Origin: the human T2T-CHM13v2.0 reference genome, Homo sapiens
NCBI RefSeq assembly: GCF_009914755.1
Contig: NC_060934.1
Direction: 5' to 3' (one strand)
Length of the DNA: 64,000 nt
Below, piece by piece: positions 46,138 to 56,714 of the stretch. The position numbers and the translations under genes were made by a program. Under the pieces are notes generated by a model that saw nothing but the letters and a program-made list of their open reading frames with translations, was not told where the DNA came from and did no database searches. The stretch's first letter is position 1; each line of letters begins with the position of its first letter.

Positions 46138-47432
46138 CTATTTTAAAGTAATTTTAGGAAAAAAAAAAAAAAAAAAAAAAAACAAGAAATAGAAAGCAAA
46201 AAATCAGACAGGGAAAAAAGAAAAAAAATGTTATGGTTGAATGAGTTACACATTTAATGTACTCCTTTTAAAATGTTACACTCAGAATATATTTTACTTG
46301 ATAATACTCTAACAATGTGCTTAAAAATATTGGCTTTATAGATTTTTAAAAAATATTTGCCTCTGAGCATAACATGAGTCATCAAAGTAAAAAAAATGAG
46401 TTACATATAATAGCAACAAATAATAGTGCAATCAAAATTAGAAGTGTGAAAGCCTTGGAATTATATTAAGAAAAAAAATACAGTGCGATATTCTGGTTTC
46501 CTATGTCACTGGAGGTCAGCTACTACAGTTTTCTACATAAAAATGACTGATCACAAAATGTGTCATATATTATCAGAAGAACAGAAGGCAAGCTAGTTAT
46601 TGGATTTCAAAAGCTATAAATCTCTACAATTTAAACAAGATCTACAGGATCTCAAGAACCTTAAAAGTTCTACATATTTTCCATTTTAACTTGTTGCTAT
46701 CTTTGATCGCCTAAAAGATTGCATATTTTTTTAAAGTTATTTTTCCTCTTCCTGTTAATGACACCTGCTACAATAAGACTTTAAGGCCTTTTATAAATGT
46801 ATTTATAAGGCAAAAGTTCTACCAAGCTATATGAGTTTCAAATTCCTACTAAAAAAAAGACTAGAAGAAAAATCAATTCAATATCCATACTGGCCACACC
46901 AACTACACTGAGAATAAACTCCAGGGTTTACTTTGTGGGAAGTGCCATTTACTATTAGACAATGAAACTTTCTACAACAGATCCTTAAACTATAGGAAAA
47001 TGTCCTCAGGGCTCTGGCTTAGAAGGTTTAATTATTAGCTTTAAAATCCACACTAGGGCAAAGAAGTCTCCAAATTCTGCACAAGGTTCTGTTTCTTTCA
47101 ACTAGTTTAAGAAAAGTTTGAGTCAAGGTTTTCCCATACAGAAGTTTTCCACTTCAGTTGTAAGAACTGAATTTGTCACCATTCCTGTCTGTGACTTTTG
47201 GTAAATCACTGCTATACTTCTTACATGTCCCTTGTAAACAAAATAATGGAACAGTTTTAGAAGAGATACTCAAACACTTGGTGGACAACTTTAATAAACA
47301 ACATAATTTTTTTTCAAAAATGCTCTCTTTTAATCATGAATTATTATTTCAGTAACAGAGAATAGTGAACAATCTATACACATATTTCTCACTTATTAGC
47401 AAATAATACTTTCTTTCAATATGGAACAAAAC

Positions 47433-47511
47433 TTAATTTTGAAATATGTGACTCAGATTGGTTCTCCCAGTTTTGTCAGTGAGCTCTTTTGCTACTGTGC
47501 TGGCAGCATGA
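47433..47511 (-). CDS. ANK3: Alternative terminal exon, coding part: (S)HAASTVAKELTDKTGRTNLSHIFQN*
   Basis: Very strong acceptor c(t)11cccactttgcag|T, 242 nt after the 47754 donor; phase 2 compatible. 25 codons then TAA at 47435-47433; ATTAAA on - at 47329-47334 and 47290-47295. Confidence 0.75.
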
Positions 47512-47753
47512 CTGCAAAGTGGGAAAAAAAAAAAGAACACACAATTAACATGTTCAATCACATGAAATTAACAACCGCAAACCACAAAAGAAAATAGCAG
47601 AGCATGTGTATTTGCGTCGAGAACATTTCGCTAAATTCACATCTTCATCCAAAGAACACATTTTGGGATAATGTGAAAAATGAACATGATTTTGATTTAT
47701 GACAAATCATGGTTGTTTTAAATTAACTATGAAAGACAGCAACAACGAAGTAC

Positions 47754-47877
47754 CTGGCAGAACGCGCTCCGAGACTAAAGCCCATGTAACCCTCTGCAGG
47801 CAGGGAATCATCACCCAATTCCTTAAGGTCCTGTGGCCCAAGATATTTGTCTGTGTCCCCGGTCATTGCATCTTCAC
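47754..47877 (-). CDS. ANK3: ANK3 core exon, 124 nt, repeat-ZU5 linker: (G)EDAMTGDTDKYLGPQDLKELGDDSLPAEGYMGFSLGARSA(S)
   Basis: Acceptor tctgcag|GTGAAG and donor GCCAG|gtactt; phase 1 in, phase 2 out. Translation matches ankyrin-G as I recall it. Confidence 0.97.
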
Positions 47878-47931
47878 CTGCAGATGTAGAGAGTAAGCCC
47901 ACATCAAAAGCTTCCCTTTTGAAAGTGTCAG
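47878..47931 (-). CDS. ANK3: In-frame 54-nt upstream extension (alternative acceptor) of the 124-nt exon: (T/A)DTFKREAFDVGLLSTSA
   Basis: Acceptor ttttctccacag|CTGAC lies 54 nt upstream of the main acceptor; the frame is open (part of ORF 47723..48025). Confidence 0.8.
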
Positions 47932-49141
47932 CTGTGGAGAAAATCACTCCTTTGGTTATCAGCAAATCCCCCAATATCTCATATTCACCTTCCCCTATCA
48001 CCTGGATAATTTTTGAAACTCTCATTTAGAAGGAAAAGGTATAGGTAAAGGTTAGTACACAATTTCAAGAGTGAATTTAAGTAGCGGAAACAACTCCTGG
48101 TATTAAATACAAATCTGAAAACATTACCCGTATCCCTTTGCTTCCCTGTAAGCCTCAGCTGACTAGAAAGGTGGATGTTTTATGTCAGTTATAGTTTTCC
48201 TCACCTCACCTCACCCACGATGAGGGCAGCTTGTTTGAATGGACATGGATTACAAAATAAGAACCACCTCTTCATTACTGTTCTTGAAATTATATGTGGG
48301 AAGGAAACAGACATTTAAAAAAAAAACTGGTTTTCTCACACACAGGATTTCAGTTTGGGGCTTAAGTAAGAAACTAGCAAGTTATGTGAACTATAACTTG
48401 CTTGGTTGGAGAGCCTTGGAACACATCAATTTTGAAATGCTTCTAAACCTATCAAATTAACAACAGCCCAACTGTCCCAATGCTTGAAATCTACATGGAA
48501 AGCAACACAGCCTTCTCCAGAGATAATATGGGTGCTTTAGCACTTTGAAAGGACTATATAAATTGCTCTTTAATTATCAAGACAAAGAGTTAATTATGTG
48601 AAATACTTTTACCAGCTACGTATGCAAAACATGACATCATATGGAAAAACCACATTCCAAGAGTGACAAGGCAGGTTTTTCAATTGTCTTTTGCCCTCTG
48701 GGACATTTCCCATCCTTCTCAAAAGGTAGCACAGGCTGCAGAAAAGTTCCTTCCCCACACAGGCAAACTCTTACCCTCTTTCTGGACGCAAGCTTCACTG
48801 GCCAAGAGATTGCAAAAGTGTACATGTTGTGTTTTCTCAAAGGTAAGTGATTCATTCCCCCAGATATATTTTCCAATTCCTGCATTCGGTACTGTTTACA
48901 TTTTCCATTCATTTAAACTCAGGAAACCGCAAGAGCTCAGCTTTTAAACTACCAATCAAGTCTAAAAATACACTGTCAACTACTGTTTTTGCAAATGTAA
49001 AAACTAAACAGATCAACTTTCTACTGCTGCTACCCAGTACCAAGAGATTATTTTAAGTAACTATTTACGGCTGGGCTATTTGCACATTCACTGCATCTCA
49101 AACAAAAACAGCACACACCAAGTACAACTCAAAGATCTTAC

Positions 49142-49157
49142 TCTGCGGTAAAGCCAT
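49142..49157 (-). CDS. ANK3: Coding end of the internal first exon of short, repeat-less ANK3 isoforms: MALPQ(S)
   Basis: gaaATGG context, then ATG GCT TTA CCG CAG A|gtaaga. Splicing to 47877 gives MALPQSEDAMTG, the N-terminus I recall for short ankyrin-G. Confidence 0.92.
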
Positions 49158-49700
49158 TTCCACTAGGCTTGGATGATCAAATGTTTTCCTGATGTTTCCA
49201 GGAATTCCTTAAGCAGTGATTTAGAATCAACCTCCAAAACAGCTCAAGGAAACCAATCCCTGGTTTGTATCCACTCTCTTCACCACCGCTGAATTCCTCT
49301 CAGCATCTTGATATCCTCGTAGGCAATTGAGGAATTATACATCTTTCCCCACTCAGAGTTCGAAGATTTTCAAAATTTCAGGCCCCCCAAAAAATCTTTT
49401 TAAAAAACCCCACTTAATTGAGGTTAAGATCCTTTTGACCACTTCGCAGACATCCTTTTAAAGCTCCTTCTGATTGGATTAAAAACTCCTCTGGCAAGCC
49501 TCTAGCAGGACAGAATGGTGACATAAATGCAAGCCCCTGAGTTATTTGTATGTAAATATGAGGACTGCTCCGGTGTAGACTTTCGGTAATTTGATACCAA
49601 TGCGCGTTGCCTAGTCGGGTAACCAAGACAGCCTTCATGTAGGGAGAGAGCGAAGTGCTACATTTAATTAGGAGGTGATTCTTCTCAAATATGAATGAAG
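49158..49700 (-). promoter_or_regulatory. ANK3: 5' UTR and internal promoter of short ANK3 isoforms (TSS not located)
   Basis: Lies upstream of the MALPQS ATG. Six CpGs in 49571-49652 against a CpG-poor background; CCAAT boxes at 49473-49477 (-) and 49597-49601 (+); RFX-like half sites at 49606-49623. Confidence 0.6.
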
Positions 49701-52429
49701 AAACAGCCAACCCAGGTAGAGGAAAAACATTAGAAGAAAACAAAGCAGTGGCCCAGGCGGGGAGTGGCATGGAGCTCCAGGCAAACTTTCAACTTTGTTC
49801 TCAGCTGGGAACACTGGGAGCCTCAGTTATTTATGGTCCCTGTCAGGTGGAAGGAGGGGAAAAAGAGAGAGGGAGGGCCTGCCCTTGAGTTGAGGTTGTG
49901 AAACTGGGGCTAAGGAAAGCAGCAGTGATTCCCATAACTCTCCAAGAGGCACTTTGCAATACACTAATTGCCGCTGCTTTTTATCAGGAGTTTGAAGAAG
50001 GGAGCAGAAGTGAGACAAGTTGGAAAAAGCAAATGGGTGTTCTGCTTTATTTTTGGCCCAAGTTCTTTCAACTATTTAATATGGAGGGACTCACTGGTGC
50101 TCCTTCGAGAGGTCCCTGGAGGAAGTGCAAAGCAAAGGGAGAACTGGGGTTGGCTGGAGAGGCCTCTGTTGCCCCAGATAGGAGGCAGGACTGAGGTCTG
50201 TCACTTTGCTGTTACATTGTTTCTTTCTCTCTCCACTAGTGGCCTTCCTTCTCAGCTGCTCCACCCTGTTTATGTTGGCAGTGAAGGAAAAAACTAGCAG
50301 GACTTCCCCATCTTCCATCTGGGTACACTGGAGAGGCCATTTCAATTGCTGTTTTTTTTTTTGTTTTTTTTTTTTTTTGCTTCCCTCCAGCCCCCACCGC
50401 CCCCGAGAATACCTGGAGAATTGGGCTCAAAAGTAAAGGGTTTAGAAACTGTCTTGCTGAAGTAAGCAGTCTTTTATAAGAGCACATCTATCCCCTTGGA
50501 ATGTTACCTAAATATACAGGAATCTGAATCTGTAGAACCGATAAAGTAGGGGGAAAAATCTGTTTTCCCTGGATACATGCATAGATGAATGGATAAATGC
50601 ATGATTCATATAATATTAGGATGCTATGACACCTGGTGCTTTACTCTGATCAGCCTGGCTGTAATCAACATGGGAAATACATGGAAATAGAAGGGAAGTC
50701 ATTTATAATGTCTGGAACATATTGAAAACTATTCCCAAGCAGAGAATAATTTCCAACTCTAAAGAATAGAAGGGGAAGTCTTGTTTAAAGAGAAATGTCT
50801 GAATGTTCATCGACTTTTTAAGTCTGCATTTCGAATCGAAACTACAGAACTGAGCAAAGCGTTATTCAAATACTGTCATTCATTCCAATTTCTCAGCAAG
50901 GCCTATGATGCAATGTTCCTTCCACTGACTTCTTGGCTATTTTTCCTTCTTGGCTATTCTTCCACACCCACCTTCCCTCCTGTTATACAGAATTTTTTCA
51001 GTCCCTAGAAGTCCTTAAACTCTTTAGACTTTGAGCCTTTACTAGGGTGTATTCTCCTGATGGAAACTTTATCGTTTTTTCCTGATGAACTTCTCTAATC
51101 TTTGACTCTTTCTAGAAGCCGTCGCACCCTCTACTCACCATTAGGTGTCCCTCATCAGAATGTATTGCCAGTAAACACATCTGCTTAGTCTTTCCCATTG
51201 GCTGGTGAGATCCCCTAAGTTAGGAGCCATATTCTTCCTGGGCCAGGTATATTGGAAGTTCTCATAAATAATCTTGGAATCCATGACTGATAATAAATAT
51301 AAGTTATTTTTATGTTTATCTTTTAAATCTACATGTCATGGCAACTTAGCACTCTTTTCAAATATTATGTTAAATGACTGGTATACAGTAAAATTTCAAT
51401 GAAAGTAAGTTTCCATTATTCTTTAGCCGTACTTCTTAGACTTCAGAAATGGTCACTATGAAACAAAAAGAAGTCTGGGGTAGGAGTGGGAGTTGTCAAC
51501 ACACTTGGCCAAAGATTAATGAAAATAAAATAGCCTTATAACATTAAGTAATTATCCACTTAGCATTTTAGAATGGTGAGAACATTTCTTAAAAGACATG
51601 GAATTTAGAAATAAAAGCAATGGTATTCTTTTAATGCTGTTTTCCACAGTAGGTGCTCTAGGTTCAAATCCAAGCTGTACCATGTATTGACTGGGTGACC
51701 TTTGAAATACCATTTAACTGCTCTGAGTCATAGTTCCAACCTCTATAAAACTGGGGGTAATAAGTCTGCCTCTACCCTCAAGCCTCCTGGGGAGATTTAA
51801 ATGAAATAATGCACAAAGTAAGGGCTTAATCAGCACGATTACTATTATTCTGTTGCACAATTTTTTCCAATGCCCAAATATCTGAATGCATGAACTCAAA
51901 TAGCATTTAAATTGCTACTATTTATACTGGTAAAGGCAAAATCCAATTACAGCAGTAAAATGTCCCTGTTCTCCATTACTTATAAGCCAGGCATTGTGTT
52001 AGGTAATCACAAAATTTGTTGATGGAATGAATGAATGAACAATAACAACAACAAAGTTCATTCACACTCCTTTCAATGAACAAAACATTCTATCATTATT
52101 ATATAGTACAACACACTACTGTACCAAAGATTAGAAAGGAATGAGATGAATTGTATTGTGTGATTTGTTAACTTTCTCTAATCCACTATATAATCCAAAC
52201 ACATTTTGGCTAGTGGCAGCTTCTAACACGTGTGTATAAGCCAACCAAGGTAATTTATTAACAGATGACATGCATTTTATATCAGATATATTTAGCTTAA
52301 AAATGTTACCAAGATCACATATTTTCACTTACTAAAAAGGAGCTGTGTAGGTTTATGTTTTCTAAAGTTATTTGGTGCAGTGAAATAAGAGCTGTGTTAT
52401 AGAGGAATTTGACTATTTTTAGGCAAAGA

Positions 52430-53030
52430 GGATTTTGGTAGCTCATCTTTAAAATGCCCGCCTCACCCTTACCTCCAATGAACTATGTTTCCTTCTATTC
52501 ATGCCCTTGCATAGTACCCCTAAATTGAATCTGGGTTGGCTGAAATTTTGAACAGTAAAATTTGGCAAAGTGATTTTGAATGAATGAGTTTGTGTTCAAA
52601 GAAACCTTGCAGACTCCTCAAGTCTCTTGAAACAGTGGTTTGGGGGAAGCCAGTCCCAATGTAAGAGATCTGACTATGATGATAGCACCATGTTATAAAG
52701 AAGCTCAAGGTAGCCATATGGAGAGGCTGCTTAGAACCAGGGAAAGAGAGAGACAAAAAGAGAGTCAAAGAGAGAGAGAGAGAGAAAGAGAAATGCCCAG
52801 CCAACGCTCAGCTGTCGCTGCCATCCTAGCTGAGGTGTCAGACCTTTGAATGAAGACACCATCTTGGACATCTGGTCATGTTCCTCCACCTCAGCTGCTG
52901 ACTGCAATCTCATAAAAGATCCCAAGACTCAGCTGAGCCCCGATTAACTCACAGAACCAAGGTAGATAATAAGACCTTAAATCACTGAGTTTCGGGGAGG
53001 CTGTAATTTTGTAATAGGTAACCAAAACAA
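52430..53030 (+). mobile_element. MLT1-type LTR with an internal (GA)n tract
   Basis: gctgactgcaatctcat...cactgagtttcgggg...aataggtaaccaaaaca. Confidence 0.7.
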
Positions 53031-54594
53031 AAATGAGAAATGACAAGGTCCAAAGGTAAACCAAAGAGGTCACACTCTGGTTGCCTAATGTATCACTAAT
53101 AAATTAGAGTTAGCTCTGTAGTGCATTAAATGATGTGCATACACAAAGCCCAGGAGCACAGTGGCAAATGCCATTAGAGAAGGCCTCACTTAGTATTGAC
53201 TTGATGCATTTCGAAACTTTTATCTTGAGCACTGATGTTCTTATTGTTAATCTACATCTGTCAATAAATTATCAGAGCCTACAAAATATTTAAAAAGAAT
53301 ACAAAACTCCCCAAATCTACCTGATCCCACCACTAACCAATTAATAAAAGCAGTTCAGAGGCATTTTACTTCAACTACTCAGCAATCTCCTCTTCCTAGT
53401 CCTCCCTACATCATGACTAGGCTGAAAGAAGAGATTTCCTACACCATAATCAACCATTCAAAGATCTGTCAACTTCGTCTGCCAGGAAAACAATACAAAA
53501 TAGAAACAGGAACAAAGGAGAGAAAGAGAGTATATTAAATGATTATCAGGACTGTGGTGGGCCAAATAGGTGTGCCCTCATTCCTTTTTAGATTCCAAGT
53601 CAATGGTCCAGTACATGGTGTAATATACCCAACCCAACATCCTCACAATCTTTCATTATGCCCCCTAATGATCCTTTTTCATGTCGAATAAAGGAAATAG
53701 TTATTGGCCTAATATTTAAAAGTGTTTTCTTATCCTAGAAGTTATTTTCTCTTCTTTTCTTCCCCCACCCGATGTACTTTTCTTCTAATCTCTTTCCACC
53801 TTAAGACCATCACCAAGGAAAACTTCTGTCACTTTTCCATGAACTGAAAGCTGTTTTCCCATCTGGCTGGAGACTTCAGTCATAAAGTTCCTTAAGACAA
53901 GGATACCAAATTGTATTATTAGAAACTTTGCTCAAAAGTGTTTAATTCTTCTGTAAAATACAGAATCTCCCATTATAAAGTTTAAATTAATAGTTAATAG
54001 TACAGACCAAATAGTACAACCCTGCAAATTACATGGGATTAAGAAAGATTAGAAAGAATAAAGAGAAACAGTGTCTCTATACTCTACTGATTTACTAGGA
54101 GTTGATTTCTTAATAGAACTCAGCAAATAGTCTAATACACAAGAGATTAATGATCAAACTTGACTTAAATTTACTGTTGCTTATCCTTTAAAAAGTGATT
54201 TTCTTTGATCATACAGCAAAGAGAGGAAACGAAAACTATTGGGAAAATAAATCCTTTATTTCTAGTCAGCATTACAGAACAGTAGAATCAGATCAATTAT
54301 AATTAACACTAATATTTATTGAGCATTTACTATGTTTTAGGCACTGTGTTTGGTGTTTTATATGTATTATTTAATTCTCATAATCTTATAAAACAGAATT
54401 GTTATTTCCATTTCAAAATAAAACACAGTTTAGAGTGGTGGAATAAATACTCCAAGATTACTTAGAATATACAGAAAATAGGATTCAAAATCAGTTGCTG
54501 TCACTCTAGAGCCCTTCTTTTAACTACCACAGTGCGCTGGCCATACAAAACTTAAGATGCTATTGAATGAATATTACAAGAAATTCGTAATCAA

Positions 54595-54702
54595 AATGTA
54601 AGCTCCTTGAGGGCAAGGGGGCTTTGTCTGTTTTGCTTCATATCATTGCCCAGAACAGAACCTGGCACATAGTAGGTGCTCAATAAATGTGGAATGAATG
54701 AA
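54595..54702 (+). mobile_element. L2 3' end
   Basis: cctggcacatagtaggtgctcaataaatgtggaatgaatgaa. Confidence 0.8.
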
Positions 54703-54704
54703 AG

Positions 54705-54865
54705 AGCAGTGATTGCCTTTCAAAATGGGAACTATATTTACTGGGGCAAAGAGGAGGGAGACTTACTTTTCACCGTAAACTCTTGTACCTTGGGAATTTT
54801 GTACCATGTGCATCTATTACCTATTCAAAAAATGAATAAAATTAACAAAATAAAACAAAACAAAA
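54705..54865 (+). mobile_element. Old L1 (L1ME/MC-like) 3' terminus hosting the 54-nt exon in antisense
   Basis: ggagggagacttacttttcac...ttttgtaccatgtgcatctattacctattcaaaaaatgaataaa followed by an A-rich tail; recognised by eye. Confidence 0.65.
54767..54820 (-). CDS. ANK3: ANK3 alternative 54-nt cassette exon: (G)NRCTWYKIPKVQEFTVK
   Basis: Acceptor ttttttgaatag|GTAATA and donor GAAAA|gtaagt; phase 1-1, no stop. Matches an ankyrin-G isoform insert as I recall it. Confidence 0.88.
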
Positions 54866-55119
54866 TATAGGGACCACAGATCAGTCATATAAGCTCTATG
54901 TTCCATCCACCAGAAACAGTATTGTCACTTACATAAGTCTGCCATGTAGATACGAAGATGTGTTTGTGTACCAGTGGATATCCAGCAAGCAAGCAAAGGG
55001 AACACTCAATACTTTGATATTCTACCTTACATGCCTCTTTAAGAGATGGAACAGAAAAAGTGAAGTAACAAGGCAGGAAGAAGGAGATGCACGCTATTAA
55101 TGTGGTACTTCTAGTAGTT

Positions 55120-55290
55120 TCAGGGGTACGTGTGCAGGTTTGTAACATGGGAAAACTGCATGTCACAGGGGTTTGGTGTACAGATTATTTCATCATCCAG
55201 GTAAAGAGCATAGTACCTGATAGACAGTTTTTCAATCCTCACCTTTCTCCCACCCTCCACCCCCAAGTAGGCCTTGGTGTCTGTTGCTCC
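55120..55290 (-). mobile_element. L1PA 3' fragment
   Basis: ggggtacgtgtgcaggtttgtaacatggg...acagattatttcatcatccagg. Confidence 0.85.
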
Positions 55291-55299
55291 CTTCTTCTT

Positions 55300-55576
55300 T
55301 CTTTGGAGACACAGTCTCACTCTATTGCCCAGGCTGGAGTGCAGTAGCATAATCTTGGCTCACTGCAACCTCTGCCTACTGGGTTCAAGTGATTAGCCTG
55401 CCTCAGCCTCCCGAGTAGTTGGGATTACAGGCACCCGCCACCAAGCCCAGCTAATTTTTGTGTTTTTAGTAGAGACAGGGTTCCACCATATTGGCCAGGC
55501 TGGTGTTGAACTCCTGACCTCAGATGATTCGGCCTCCCAAAGTGCTGGGATTACAGACATGAGCCACTGCGCCCGG
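55300..55576 (-). mobile_element. AluS
   Basis: Antisense Alu with a small internal deletion. Confidence 0.92.
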
Positions 55577-56294
55577 CAAAGATTTATATCTCATTCAACA
55601 TTTAGACGATAAATTCTCAGCCTAGAGAATCCAAATGACATATTTGCTCACATTACTTTTCCCTTGATCTCCTGATATTTTCATTCTCAAAAGAACAAGG
55701 AAGCAGGAGTAAGAAAAAGAAATATGGTAGGATTAGGATCCTGATCCCTCAAACTTGGATTCTAAAAGTCTAATTCTGGCCCAGAGTTACAGAATAGTTG
55801 ATGGGAACGTTAGTTAGATGCCAGATCTGCATGTATTTCTCCTTTCATTTTTCAGTTTGGAGCAAGAGCTCGTGTTAAGTAAGGTTTCCTGTGAATATTC
55901 TGAGAGGTGATAAAAAGCACGAGGTGGTGTTTGGAGGATGGAATTGTGCCATCTGCTTCAGGAGGTTCCTGCATGTAGCCCAGGAACTTCTGTGTCAGGC
56001 TGGAGGACCCGCAAGCCTTGCACTGGTGATGCTGCAAGCCCAGCTCATCTCTGTACCTTCTGGCAGGACTGGAGCCTCAGAGAAAAACTGACAGTCCCGT
56101 GCTCAAGGTATACAATAGAGTGAGCATTCACTTCCTGCCCCCTTCACTCTCCACCTCTCCTCTCAGTAGGAAGAAGGAGAGGATTATTTATGGGGTGGGA
56201 GAGAGGGTCTTCACTTTAACCCTTTGTTTGCCATCATATGCTGGCCATGGTTGTCGTTCTTTCAAAACAGAAAATAAGTGCTAGGATATACTTT

Positions 56295-56714
56295 TGATAT
56301 GGTTTGGCTCTGTGTCCCCACCAAATCTCATGTTGAATTGTCATCCCCAGTGTTGGAGATGGGGCCTGGTGGGAGGTGGTTGGATCACATGGGTGGATTC
56401 TCATGAATGGGTTGGCACCATCCCCCTGGTGCTGTTCTCGTGATAGTGAGTGAGTGAGTTATCATGAGATGTGGTTGTTTTAAGGTGAGGGGCACCTCCC
56501 CTTCCTCTCTCTTCCTCCTGCACCGGCCTTGTAAAGTACTGGCTCCCCCTTTGCCTTCCCCTATGATTGTAAGTTTCCTGGGGCCTCCTCAGAAGCAGAA
56601 GCTGCTATGCTTCCTGTACAGCCTGCAGAACCATGAGCCAATTAAACCTCTTTTCCTTATAAATTACCCAGTTTCAGGTATTTCTTTATAGCAGTGTGAG
56701 AATGGACTAATACA
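56295..56714 (+). mobile_element. MSTA-like solo LTR
   Basis: tgatatggtttggctctgtgtcccc...ggactaataca; 5-bp TSD acttt. Confidence 0.92.

Noticed and set aside
47932-48025. N-terminal part of ORF 47723..48025 as a coding start
   Set aside because: It is upstream of the alternative acceptor at 47932 and therefore intronic; only 47754-47931 is supported as coding.
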